DNA of 64,000 nt from NCBI RefSeq assembly GCF_018977255.1, contig NW_024704742.1, positions 78,370,001 through 78,434,000 on the forward strand, in the 5' to 3' direction. The notes under the pieces were generated by a model. The model ran no database searches and was not told where the DNA came from. It saw only the letters and a program-made list of their open reading frames with translations. Origin of the DNA: Callorhinchus milii (lineage: Eukaryota). The translations under genes were made by a program, and so were the position numbers. Shown here piece by piece: positions 13,011 through 25,806 of this stretch (position 1 is its first letter; each line of letters opens with the position of its first letter).

Positions 13011-13070
13011 CTAGCAATTATTTTAGTTGTTAGTTAACAATTAACCATGTCGTTATCTTACTAATGGAGT

Positions 13071-13973
13071 GGAGTACCATAGCATAGTAGTTAGCGCACT
13101 CGCCTCGCAAGAGAGAGGACCCTGGTTCTATTCCTGAGCACAATGTCAAGATGGAACGATAAGTGATCAAGATAATATGGACTGCAACACCTTTCATTTC
13201 TTTTACGTTTCAGCAACATGAATCACCAGAGAGCAGGGTTCAACAAATACATTTAGAATTAGAGCCAACAATCACAAAACCACTTTATTTGGTGAGCAAG
13301 AGGAGTTTCAGAGGTTTAAACAGAAGTGGAAGCTTCACTTAGTCTTTCCCAGCACAAAAAAGAGGAAAGTAGTTTGGTGTTTGGAGTACCCAGAAGCAAG
13401 AAACAGACTGTTTCAGCATGCTGTGCTTTTCTTTATGAGCTGTAAGCTGGAATTTAATATGCAGGTCTCCTTGGGACAGGAAATATGTTACTCTCTACAA
13501 TCTCTCGATATATGGGACTTTGGAGCTGTACTTTTCACTTCACACTGGAACAATATTAGGTTACACAGGTCTGTGAAGTGGAAGGAAGAATCCCACTCCG
13601 ATATTCAGTTCTTCTATCTTTCTACCTCTGGGGTCCTGTACTAACCAATATTTGTGCCGTGATGCACTCATCAGGCCAAAAAAGTCTGTACCTCACCTGT
13701 TACAGGAAGTCGAACACTGCCTAAAAAACATCAAAACCTTAGGACAAAACATCAGGCAAATAAACCAATTAGTCAATTGGCGGATCGTTCTGGGGATAAG
13801 GGGAAATAATCCCTAAAAAAANGTATTCACTGTGCGATTCTGCTGTGTGAAACTGGGTGTCACTTTTCACCCACAAAATACTGTTAATCCACTTTACAAT
13901 ATATTTTGTAAAGCGTTTTGAGATATTTCAACAAAATGATAAGGCACTATATCAAACGCAAGGATTATTATTA
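13071..13973 (+). mobile_element. tRNA-Ala SINE split into head (13071-13140) and body/tail (13767-13973) by an inserted segment
   Basis: Head ggagtaccatagcatagtagttagcgcactcgcctcgcaag. The body resumes at ttagtcaattggcggatcg and ends ggcactatatcaaacgcaaggattattatt. Confidence 0.7.
13300..13764 (-). repeat. Right arm of the ~450-bp inverted duplication
   Basis: Reverse complement of 11630-12074. Confidence 0.9.
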
Positions 13974-15029
13974 ATGTCTATTTCACTCTCTTTCCACAAA
14001 GGAAAAAAAACAAATATCAATCATCTAGAACGTGACCATTCACACCATAAAAATAGTTTGCACACACCTATGATGCTGATCTTTGCACAAGCACAGATGT
14101 AGACGCATTTGCACTTCTAAAGCATAGTGACTGACCGCATAACAAGTTTCTGCCAGGCATGGAAGATGCAGTTTTACAAATTAGGAAACAAGAAGAAGAT
14201 AGTGTCGCAGAATTGCCAAAGCGCAAACAGAGGAGCAGATGGATCTGGAGATGAGTGGCTGGTATCCAAAGAAATTGTTTTGTAGCAGCAGCAGGACTTA
14301 AGCACTATTGGTGGAAGTGCACAGTACAATACATCAGAGATTGGGCATGATTCAGAGGTGCTTCACACAGTCCATTTCCTCCCTCTCTGGCATTCCTGCT
14401 GTGATGGGTCAACATTGTGGGCTATTATAGCTGTAGTACAATCAACAATGGCTCAGGGATAGATACACAGGGGCATCCAAAATGCTCTGACATTGGTTAC
14501 CTCCAACGTGTGGAGCTCTCTAAGTAGCTAAGTGGTCAGGGCTGGCATATCAATGCTGAAAAGCTGTGGGCGATTCACAGAGATAGGCTGACAGATATTG
14601 GCAATCATTCATAAATGATTTTTTCAAAAGCTAATTGATGATTGTTACTATTCAAAACATCTTTTCAGAATTTTCCTTGGTTTAAGGTCTGTGCATAATT
14701 CATGTAACTGAATCTTCTGAACTCAACCAGCAGTCATAGCACTCGCCTCTTTAAAATCCTGTCTCCTCAGGGTTTAATCATAAAATCCTTTGTAATTAGC
14801 ATCTTATCACAGAATCTCTGGCTGTGCTCCCAGCCTTTTTCTGAACACAAAATTATTATAATTTGCTAATTAAATCAAAACACGTTCATTTACAGACAGA
14901 GCAATTGAACATAGACTTACAGACAAAACAAGATAAACACAAATACTATAAATCAAGAAAATCAAAATCATCTCCAACCTAAATAGTAAAAATACTAATG
15001 ATAATGAGTCAGATTCAATACCAATTGGC

Positions 15030-16903
15030 ATGCCAGGACTGCAAAAAAGCATCAGAATGACAAAGAAAAGCTTTGAATTGAACATGGCAAGAGATGTGAA
15101 GGATAATAAGAAAACATTTTTCAATTACATTAAAAGTAAAAGAAAAACAAGCAATAGAATAGGGCCACTGGAGGTGGGCGGGAGAGAACATGATAAATAA
15201 TGCTGCACAAGCTGCAATAGTGTTAAATAATTTTTTTGCATCAGTTTTTAACCAAGGAGGAGACGTAGAACCTATCTGATCTGGAAAGAGAACTCAAGGA
15301 TGTCGTAGAGAACCAGCATGGTTGCCAAACAGCTGTGCAAACTTAAGCTAAATGAATCTCAGGGGCCGGATAAATTGCACCCGAGGATCCTTAACGAACT
15401 AAGGAAGTCGCAGAAACACTGGCACAGATCTTTCAACAATTACTGAATACTGGAGAGGTGCAGGGGGACTGGAGAAAGGTAGATGTTACTCCTATTTTTA
15501 AGAAAGGTAACAAAAGTGACCCAGGAAACTGCAGACCAATACGTTTGACGTCCATTGTGGGTAAAATTATGGAGACTTATTAAGGATAAAATCATCCTGG
15601 ACAGGATCTGGACAGAAATATAATAATGAATGATAGCCACTATGGGTTCATGAAGGGGAGGTCTTACCAATCTAATTTACTGGTTTTTTTTGATGGCATG
15701 ACAAGAGAACTTGATAAGGGTAAGGCTGTGGATGTTGTATATCTGGATTTCAGTAAAGCCTTTGATACAGTTCCTCTTGAGAGGCTCGTAATGAAAATAA
15801 AGAAAGCAGGTATCAGTAGAGGTATATTACAATGGATACACAACCGGTTGACTGGAAGAACCTAAAGGGTGGTGGTAAGGGGAATGTCATCAGACTGGGA
15901 AAATGTTACCAGTGGAGTTCCACAAGGGGCTGTTTTGGGTCCTCTTTTGTTTAATATTTGTATAAATGATCTGGAATTAGGAGTTGAAAGCACAGTTTGT
16001 AGATGACACCAAACTAATGACGGTGGTAGATAGTGAAGCTGAATAAGATAGGTTACAGGAGGATTTGAACATAATTGGGAATTGGGCAGATAGGTGGCAG
16101 AAGATATTCAATGTGGAGAAATGTAAAGTACTTCACATGGGGACAAATAATCCTGGAAGGGACTATTATTTAAACGTAAGGAAAATAATAGGTGTGGAAA
16201 ATGAAAAGGACCTGGGGATCCTATTTGACGATACATTGAAGCTTTCCCAACAATGTTCTGTGGCAGTGAATAAAGCAAACCAGATATTGGGATGTATCAA
16301 AAGATCAATAGCAAGCCAAAATAATGGAGTAATCCTGCCACTGTATCAATCATTGGTGAGACCATCTTAAGAGTACTGTGTACAGTTCTGGTTTCCGCAG
16401 TACAAAACGATATTGGAGAAATTGAGAAGATACAGAGGAGGGCAACCAAAATGATTGAGGGAATGGAGGGACCGGATTATGAGGAGCAGCAAAATAAATT
16501 GGACATGCTCATGCTGGAAAAGGGAGGATTGAGAGGCGACATAATTGCTGTCTTTAAGATTCTAAAGGGGCAAGACAATATAGATCATGACAGGCTGCTT
16601 CAACTTTGTCCAGAATAGTAAAACCAGAGGACGTGGCCTGCGATTGAAGGGGGGTAAATTCAGAATGAATCTACGCAAACACTATTTTAGTGAGCGAAGT
16701 GAACCTGTGGAACAGGGAGACGGTTGAAACAGGAAGTGTTGATTCTTTCAAAAACAGATTAGATAGTTTTCTTTTAGGAAATAACATTATGGGATATAGT
16801 ACATAGGTAGTTTGGGACATATGTGCATGAGACCGCCAGGAAGGTGGAAGGCGAACTAGATGGCCATTGAACACTTTTCGTCTAGCATTTCTTATGTTCT
16901 TAT
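15030..16903 (+). mobile_element. CR1 LINE ORF2 remnant, older subfamily, many stops and frameshifts
   Basis: Fragments AVDVVYLDFSKAFDTVP, GVPQGAVLGPLLF, KIFNVEKCKVLHMG and LPLYQSLVRP. Ends in a ttcttatgttcttat tail. Confidence 0.9.
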
Positions 16904-17251
16904 AATCTTTACATTTGGTATAATTCTTTTCAGATGAGGAGGATATCTCCCAAGCAGTTCACAGATACAATGGAAAGTATAATGACGCATTTTGCAGGCA
17001 AAGTTGCAATTTTTGCACATAACAATGTTCCACAAACAGCCATCAAGTAAATGAACAATTTTATTTATTGTATTAGGGGATTGTAAGCCACAACACTGGG
17101 AGAAACTCCCTTCTCTTTTTGAGTAGCATCATGGGTTCTTTAACATCCATTTGATAGTCAGACACAATCTTGGTGTAATGTCTCATCTGAAGATTTAAGT
17201 AACAGAAAGTTACATTTTTGCAGAAGTAGAATTATTTCAAATCTTGCAATG

Positions 17252-17568
17252 ATAATAATAATAATCCTTGCATTTGATATAGCGCTTTTCAAGTCGGGAG
17301 GACGTCCCAAAGCCATTCACAGAACACACTGTAAAGTGAATTGACTGTATATTTGTGGGCGAACGCGGCAGCCAATTCCGCACAGCAATGTCCCACAAAC
17401 AGTCGTAGATTGAAAATGACCAATTTATTATTGTTTTTGGTTTTGGAGGGATTATTATTAGGCGTGTGGAGTAAGGAAACTTGCCCAAGGTTTCGCCCTG
17501 TGCCTGGAATTGAACTCAGGTCTCTCGCTTGCAAAGCGAGTGCTCTAACCACTGAGCTACAGGACTCC
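17252..17568 (-). mobile_element. tRNA-Ala-derived SINE, young short variant, full length
   Basis: Reverse complement is near-identical to 3390-3728. Confidence 0.9.
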
Positions 17569-17604
17569 GTACTGTCACTGAAGTTTACAGCTGAGAAGAA
17601 ACAA

Positions 17605-17820
17605 ACTTATAGAATCACAGAACCAGAGAAACTTACAGCACCGAAGAAGGCCACTCAACCTATCATAATTGTGCTGGCAATCCTTTCAGTCCCAATCACC
17701 TGCCCTTTCCCCATACCCATGTAATTTACTCCGTTTTATATATTTAGTTCCCTTTTGAAAGCTAATAAGGATTCTGGCTCAACCACCGCTCTTGGCAGGG
17801 CATTCCATATCCTAAAACAT
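17605..17820 (-). mobile_element. CR1 LINE 3' end fragment
   Basis: Reverse complement of a CR1 3' terminus (tagaatcacagaa ... ttacagcaccgaagaaggcca ... ctttccccataccc ... ggcagggcattccatatcct). Confidence 0.7.
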
Positions 17821-18132
17821 TTTTCCCAACTCTGATGCCTTTCTATCGAATACAGTAGTTAAAAGAAGAAATGATCATTCTCATTTTTTGAATTGCTTCG
17901 TTGAAGATGATTCAAATTACGATGAAATTTCGAACTTGTTTTGTATTTACAAAATTAGAGCAACAATTCTTTCATGGTTCTTGTTAACCCTGCAAGCCAA
18001 AGCCCTTATGGGGAGTGTGGTCGTAGCTGGACAAACAGCGTGCAGTTTTAGTTGGTTGAATTCCAGTAGTGCACCAATAACACACTGCACTCCTGGGCTC
18101 CGAAGTCTTGGCTTTCACCAACTGGTGCTTTT

Positions 18133-18494
18133 GGAGTCCTGTAGCATAGCAGTTAGAGCACTCGCCTTGCAAGTGAGAGGGCCCGGATTTTATTCCTGGG
18201 CAGGGCAAAACTTTAGGCAAGTTTCCTTTCTCCACATGCTTTTGTTTACCTAGCAGTAAGTAGGAACCCAGTTGTTAGTCAATTGGGAGATCGCTTAATA
18301 ATCTCTTTAAAAAACAAAATATTTGACCACTCAACCTCAACACTTTGTGGTTCACTGCTGTCTGCAATTGGCCATTGTGTTTCGCCCACAAAATGTACAG
18401 TCAATTCACTTTACAGTATATTCTGTGAAGCAATTTGAGACTTCTCAACGATGTGATAAGGCGCTATATTAAATGCAAGGATTATTATTATTAT
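18133..18494 (+). mobile_element. tRNA-Ala-derived SINE, long variant
   Basis: Head ggagtcctgtagcatagcagttagagcactcgccttgcaag. Contains the internal segment tgtttacctagcagtaagtaggaacccagttgttagtcaattgg and ends in (TTA)n. Confidence 0.85.
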
Positions 18495-18894
18495 CAATAC
18501 TGATCGGGTTAGATAAACAGAGTCCAACCCCCTAGGTGGTTCTCTCCGAGTTCCCTGTGGGGGAACTCTTGCTCCTGGAATGCAGCTGTTATTGCTGGCT
18601 GCTTGGAGCTGACCTATTTCTGCTTAGTTCCTCGCAAAGACGAGGAGCCTTTTGCAAATTAAAAGGAAAAAACAGATCAGAGTCAGAATAGGAAAGTAAA
18701 GAGAAAAGAAGGGAGAAGATGGGGTAATCGCATGATAACAGCTAAATATTTGAAGGCTTTTAATTTTTATTTAACATTTTATTTTAGTATCTTTGGGATA
18801 ATGTTGCAGTAATACTGCTCAAATCTGAGTAGATTTATTACTGTGATACTATTATTTACTTCAGGTTCATAGTGAAACTCACAGAACCATTCAG

Positions 18895-19045
18895 TCCATG
18901 AGACAGAAGGTCTACTGGATGCCTAAGGGTCAATAATCATTTAATCCATGGAGATGGAATGTCTACCAGATGTATAAGGGTTGCTAATAATTTATCCATG
19001 AAGACGGAATGTCTACAGGGTATCTATGGGTTAATAATCATTTAG
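18895..19045. repeat. Diverged tandem repeat, about 3 x 50 bp
   Basis: Unit tccatg-(g/a)gac/tggaatgtctac ... aaggg ... aataatcattta occurs three times. Confidence 0.75.
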
Positions 19046-20679
19046 TGCCCAAGAGTTAATTGTTTAACTGCCTTAAACGTTGCTTTGATTTTTCTGTGTT
19101 TTATTGAAAACTTGAAAATTAAAACACTGTTGTTGCTTCATTCCCTACATCCACCCCCATTTTGCCATGTTTGGGAACCAGCAATTGAATTCAAAAGTAA
19201 AAAGACATCCTTGCCCAGTGCTTTCAGTTTCTAAAATGTTCTTGCACATAATAATCCTTGCATTTGATATAACACCTTTTCACGTCTTCGAGACACCTCA
19301 AAGTGCTTCACAGAATATACTGTAAAGTAAATTGGCAGTATAATTTCTAGGCAAAACACGGCAGCCAATTAAGCACAGCAGTGACCCACAAACAGTCATG
19401 ACATGTGAGGTGTGAGCTCTGACTTCCTTAATCCATCATGCAAATTATTTTACCAAGTCCCAATTAAGTAAAGTGCGGTATATACACTAAAAAGAACATT
19501 ACAATTGTTAACGCTGCTTGCAGTTAAGTCTACAAAACAGTGTAAAGCTCAGATTTTTGTCTTAAAATACCATTCATTAGTTGAGTACAATTGCATTAAA
19601 TATCATACAGCAAGGAACGTCATGCTGCCTGGTAGAGCAGCTCCATGATTTACATGAGATTCATATGCAGCAGAAAAAAAAGTTTTGTGGGATAAAATGT
19701 GAGATATTTTTTAACTTGTTATTTGTGTAAATTAAGGCAAGGAACTTACAAAGGAGTTCTGCAAATTGTGCACCATTGTTTCAAATTAACAGTGTACATT
19801 ATTAAAATCCAACTTGAAACTCCTTTCCTCCCCGCTACAATACAACATCTTATTAGATTCTCTCCTAATAATTACCTTAATTGGTGTTCAAACTCCTAGA
19901 ATTGCAATTGTAAAATGTCTACCACTTTAAAGCAGTGTTCAAAGCATCACAAAAATGTTAACTTTAGATTTCACTGTCAGAATGTCATCTACTGAGGTCC
20001 AATCACTTCTGCACAATAGGTTTGATATGTTATATTTCTACTTTCACGCTGAGATTAAAGTTATTATCAGCGTGACATCAAGGTCAATCTTATTCATAAG
20101 TCAATGTTGGTAGAGTTGAGGTGACTAAAGGATTTCAATTTCACTGTTGAAATCCAGGAGATGTGTGTTGTTCCTGTTCCTATTAGTTAAAGGCATAGTC
20201 TTACAAAATCAAACAAAGAAGGATGCACTGTGACACCTTGGGCAAGGACATGATTATATTGCAATTCAAGCCTGTCCCGAGAAATTGTAAACGCGATGAC
20301 AGTACCATCAAAACTGTTAGATTGATTTGCAGTAGTTAACATTGGAGTACATCAGAAGAGATCATGAAAGAACTGAATGAAGAAATCTCTTTGACCCATT
20401 GTTCTCAACAACAACAACTTGGATTTATTTAGCGCCCTCCACGCCGGACGGCATCTCAGAGCACTTTACAACATTTCATCCTTACAGGACACCCACCAAA
20501 ACATCATCCATCCTCATCAGCGAGAAAGCACAAGAGAGTTTCAGCACATACTCGGCCCACATAATATACTGTCAATTCACTTTAAAGTATATTCTATAAA
20601 GTGCTTTGAGACATCTCAATGACGTGAAAAGGTTCTATATCAAATGCAAGAATTATTATTATTATTATTACAGGCAGGT

Positions 20680-20942
20680 CAGGGCGAAACCTTGGGCAAG
20701 TTTCCTTACTCCACACGCCTAATAATAATCCCTCCAAAACCAAAAACAATAATAAATTGGTCATTTTTAATCTACGACTGTTTGTGGGACATTGCTGTGC
20801 GCAATTGGCTGCCGCGTTCGCCCACAAATATACAGTCAATTCACTTTACAGTGTGTTCTGTGAAGCGCTTTGGGACGTCCTCCCGACGTGAAAAGCGCTA
20901 TATCAAATGCAAGGATTATTATTATTATTATTATTATTATTA
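20680..20942 (+). mobile_element. tRNA-Ala-derived SINE, young short variant, 5'-truncated
   Basis: Starts at cagggcgaaacc; otherwise near-identical to 3390-3728. Sits just after the (TTA)n tail of an older SINE. Confidence 0.9.
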
Positions 20943-22059
20943 CATTGGCTGCAGTACAAGCATTATTTTCACAACCAAAATGTGGTGCTTTGAGAAGAGT
21001 TTTGAGAACTAACCTAACCTGGTAAAATTCTCACACAACGATGCCCCAAAATGGCAATGAAGCAAATGGGCCATTTTATTTTGGGTACTGTTGGCCAGGA
21101 CACTGGGAGAATCTTCCATCTCTTGTTCAGTACTACTGCAGAATTGTTAACGTCCACCTGAATGAACCCTGGTTTCATGTCTCATCTGAAGGACAATGCA
21201 GCACTTCCACTTCTGGAGTGTCCGCTTAGACTACATTATAATAATAATAGTTGCATTTGATATAGCGCCTTATCATGTCTTTGAGACGTCTCAAAGCTCT
21301 TCACAGAATATACAGTAAAGTGTATATTTTGTATATTTTGTGGGCAAAACACGGCAACTACTTCCGCACAGCAATTATCTTGGCCATCAGGCAAATCTGA
21401 ATGTTGTTCAGAGGGCACTAGTACAACTCAACTAATGTTAACTCTGATAACGCTTGAACCAGGACTCAAACACTGGTCAGAGTTTCGACGGAGGTCGGTG
21501 ATAGCTCTGGAGTCAACCATGGTGCCAAAGTCAGAGAGTCACATCAGTGGATGAGTCAATCATTATCGACAGACCTTGACCTCAGTTTTCATTGATGTGA
21601 TATCACATCACACATCACAAATTTCACCAATTAAACAAATGTTCCTTGTGAAAGGAACCTTGAATTCTTTCTTAATTTGGATGCCAGGATCTTTCCAAGG
21701 AAACTGGCTTCAAATCAAGACCGAATCAAAGAATTTTACGTGGTTCTGTGCAATCTAATGCTCCAGATTTGTACATTTCTAAATTATGAAAGTGATGAAT
21801 TGCAAATGAGATACAAATGTACTGGAGCAACAATGAAATGATGGTTGGTAAACTCCAGAGAGCTCCAATACATATTTTACTCTACAATCCATAGTTCAGT
21901 CAGTTATGCCTTAATACTTATTCTCTTAAATATCTGACAGGCCTTGTGATCATGACTCTGCCTTAAATTCTGCTAAGTATGGAATTACATTGTGAGATGT
22001 GGGGAAGGGATATGCTATTTCATTAAATTGCAGATTATCAGCCTGGTCTGCCTTACAGG

Positions 22060-22460
22060 TGTCAGCCTGGCTCAGTTGGTCACACTCTTGCCTCTGAGTC
22101 AGAAGGTTGTGGGTTCAAACCCCATCTCAGGACTTGAACTTATGTAGTCTAGGTTGACACAATGGAGTGGTTGGGGTGTGTTACATTGTCGGAAATGCCG
22201 TCCTTCATATGAGACATTGAGTCGAGCACCCATACGCATGTTTAGGTGGAAGTTAAAGATCCCGTGGCACTACTCAAAAAAGGGGAGTTTCTCCTTATGT
22301 CCTGGCCAAATATCCTCTAAATAAATTTGGTCATTCATTTTATGGCTATTTGTGGGGTGCCACGTTTGTCAACAAATACAGTCACTCCACTTCACAGTAA
22401 GTTCCGCGAAGTGCTCTGAGATGTCACGCTGATATGAAAGGAGTTGCATCAAATGCAAGG
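22060..22460 (+). mobile_element. Deu-domain SINE (SacSINE1-like), near full length
   Basis: tRNA-like head gtcagcctggctcagttggt ... ctctgagtcagaaggttgtgggttcaa. Deu core tgccgtccttcatatgagacatt ... gttaaagatcccgtggcact ... tgtcctggcca. L2-like tail. Confidence 0.85.
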
Positions 22461-22916
22461 AGCATAGGATTTTATATTTCAAGCGCCAGTCAATTCCCAT
22501 CTTTTCAAAGACGATGGGCAATCAGTTATTTATTTCTTCCACAAGTCTGCTGAGATTTCCATGAGATAAAGTGCTTCTCATAAAAAGTAAAATGGACAAC
22601 ATGAGAGAGAAAAAAAGGCTTGAAGAACAAAACATTTGCTTGCAGAAGATCCACATTTGTTCCATGATGAGGTGATGAATCACTGGGACTTTTATGGGCC
22701 CAGTGAAATACACATAGCTACTGAACAAGTCATGAAAACTAGATCATCATGAAAAGGAAAGTGCTTGACATATACACAGTGATAAAAATGTTCTTTTCTT
22801 TAATTTGGTTTACAAAGGATCAGTGTTAGAAGCTGACTGCAATTGCTGTGGAACAATGAGGTCTAATTTGCAGCATTCTTCAACTGGATTCCTAAATAAA
22901 GAGTCTGTCTCACCAA

Positions 22917-23288
22917 ATAATAATAATCCTTGCATTTGATATGTGCCTTATCACCTCTTCGAGACACCTCAAAATGCTTCACAGAATATACTGTGAATTG
23001 AAGTGAATTGACTGTATATTCTGTGGGTGAAAAACAGCAGCCAATTGCACACAGCAGTGCCCGGAAATAGTTGTGGATTGAGTGGCCAAATCATTACTTT
23101 TTTTTGAAGGAATTATTACCCACAGAAAGCGATCTGCCAACTGACTAACAGCTGGGGTCCTACTTACTGCTATGTAAACAGAGGCACGTGGAGTAAGGAA
23201 GCTTGCCCAACGTTTTGCCCTGCCAGGAATCGAACCCAGGTCTCTCGGTTTTGAGGCAAGTAGTCTAACCACTAAACTATAGGACTCC
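22917..23288 (-). mobile_element. tRNA-Ala-derived SINE, long variant
   Basis: Reverse complement of head, internal segment and tail, all present. Confidence 0.85.
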
Positions 23289-24642
23289 AAATAGAGTCTC
23301 CTTCTTCTACTTACTAATAATAATCCTAAAAATCATAATAATCCATACAACTGATATACCCCTTTCACATTCGAAGGACGTCTCAAAGCATTTCTTGTGA
23401 TTTACTGTTAAGTGTAATTATTGTGTATTTTAGGCAACAAGTTCAAATATCATGCCAATTATCCTGAATTTGTATCTTTGTAAGGCTTCAGTTTTGTTGA
23501 ATGAGTTCCATAGCCATTTACTTGTGGCTAACAAATTGAATTCAGCTGCACCTAGTATCGTTCATCTCAGGCCTGTGTGTTCCTTTCTCGTATGTGCAAT
23601 AGATAAGCTCAGACTGGCCCGGATAGGCAATGCAAACCAGCATTTGATTTCCCTAGCATGGAATAGTTAACTATTCCAAAATGAACATGGGGTGGTTACT
23701 TGATATTTGGGTACATAGTTCCATTGTGAAATAGTGTTGATCTCAGTTTTCATCAGCACATTGTTTCGAAGAACAATGATCTTGTGATCCTTCGATAACT
23801 ACAACTTGAAGAGGTTGGGTTCACCGAAAACAGTAGAGTGAACAGATTGAGCAGAGCAGAGATGATATTTGCTGAGCTCCTGTGAGCTCAGAGTCTAATA
23901 TTCAACTAACACCTTGATCAGTTTGACTGAGCTCCAAAGATCAAGAGATTGTTTGCTCGAGTTTCAATATAGCAAAGTCACGAGCATGGATTTCTGTCTT
24001 CAAATAAATGAACAAAGTACAGTACATATCTGTTCATCTGTCTCGTTAAGATACAAATCCCCTTTTTCAATCACGATTTGACAACCTTGGGTACTCATAG
24101 TAAGTAAGTATGTAAGAGAGAAAATAATCTATATATTCAATACTTCAACCTCTAAAATCTGAAGGCCGAAATATCTCATGTTGTTAGATGTAGGACCACA
24201 AGCATCCCGAAAGATTAAGATTGTGCGGGATTTTGGGAAACAGTTTAAAAATTTTTAAATCAACCTTAATTTAGAAACTTTTTTTTAGCAATGTGCAAAA
24301 ATAACATTGGAAACTCAGCTTTTAAATCAAGACTAAATTAAAAAAAAGTTTTTCAAACTGCACAATCTTAAATTTGAAGGCAATGGTCTTAAACATGAAA
24401 TCATGAGAAACTTTCCATGACTATTAAAATTAGTCCAAATGAAAGACCCTCGTTCAGAACAATGAATATGTCAGCAATCCGTTACCTAACTAAATATTAC
24501 CTGCCTATATAGGTCCTATCTGATAGAATAATGATTCGAAGAACTTGGTAATGATCATCATTCTAAGTAGACAGATTACTAGACCGATTTGTGAAATCTG
24601 TTGCGACTCAAATTCAGCAAGTATGAAATGTAAGCAATCTGC

Positions 24643-24892
24643 TATTTTATAACCTGCTGCTTTAAAAGTACATGGATCCTTGTACGGAGGAACTTTTGTA
24701 TTATATACAATGGCTTTTACACTAACCATAAGCCTTCTTGTACATCATTGCTGTCTGCTCAATGTGCTCACTGTAATTTTTTACCAGAAGGGAAAAAAGC
24801 AGACTCCAACGTGTTTCTTTTTGATGGCATTGAAGGACGACAGCATATATGTACCTGATTTTTAAAAATGCATTTACTGTAGTATTTTTGAA
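24643..24892 (+). repeat. Segment duplicated at 25752-25806 plus 26654-26791
   Basis: Blocks tattttataacctgctgcttt...ggaactt, aaccataagccttcttgta...tcattgctgtctgctc and atatgtacctgattt...gtatttttgaa recur in the second copy. Confidence 0.85.
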
Positions 24893-25059
24893 TCATGGGG
24901 AGGGAAGTATGTGGGACACTGGCATTACAAAATAATAATAATAATATTCCTTGCATTTGATAGACAGCCTTATGATGTCAACAAGGTGTCTTAATGTTTA
25001 GGGAATTTCCAGATGTGTATCTTCCAACTTTCCTTGCAATGGTATTTTTAGAATAATAT

Positions 25060-25595
25060 TAATGATAATCCTTACATTTGATATAACAGCTCTCACGCTG
25101 GGAAGACACCCTCAAATCCACTGTAAAGTATAGTGACTGACTTTTTGCAGCCAAACGTGACAGCCAATTTGTATACAGAGCTGTCAGACAATCATTGGCC
25201 AAAACAACCAGGGAGATTTCTCTTCTCTTTTTGAGTCATGCAATCGGATCTTTGACATCCATCTAGCCAGGTCAACCAGATTTCAACTTCATAACTTTCA
25301 TAATACCTCATATAATGCAGTACTGTGGGAGCACTGCACTGTCAGAAGTGTCCTTCAGATGAGACATTAAACCAAGATCTTATCTGCCTGTCCAAATGGA
25401 CATTAAAGATCCCACAGCTCTATTTGAAAAGAGAAGGGAGTTTCTTCCAGTGTCCTGGCCAATAATCTCCCAAATAAAACCACTTCTTGGTGATTTGTTG
25501 GACATTGCTGTGCACAAATTGGCTGTCACATTCACCTACAAATACATCTTGACAATATAAGGCACTATACCAAATGCAAGGATTATCATTATTCA
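25060..25595. mobile_element. Two partial Deu-domain SINEs in opposite orientation (minus about 25060-25320, plus about 25320-25595)
   Basis: Left part is the reverse complement of tail and core. Right part reads gggagcactgcactgtcagaagtgtccttcagatgagacattaaacc ... taaagatccca ... gtgtcctggcca. Confidence 0.7.
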
Positions 25596-25806
25596 TAATG
25601 TTGAACTGTCTGAAAGCTTTTTATAGTAATTCCTCTAAAGTGTAGTGATTGTGTACAAATGTACAGGCACTGCACTTGACAGTGAATCCTGTGAAGTGCT
25701 TTGAAACATCCTCTCAATGTGAAAGGCATTATCTCAAAATGTTAGAATTATTATTTTATAACCTGCTGCTTTGAAAAGTACAGCGGGTCCTTGCACAGAG
25801 GAACTT

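Noticed and set aside
18895..19045. Repeat units as a CRISPR-like array
   Set aside because: The context is eukaryotic, the units are diverged tandem copies without unique spacers, and there are no cas genes.
17237..21012. Recurrent ORFs such as MGKFPYSTRLIIIPPK, MTVYLWANAAAN and MQGLLLLL
   Set aside because: They are chance frames through SINE bodies and (TTA)n tails. They recur only because the SINE does.
23440..24100. Unique stretch with minus-strand KTEIHARDFAILKLEQ, reminiscent of a protease motif
   Set aside because: Stops follow immediately and I found no further collinear motifs or splice sites.
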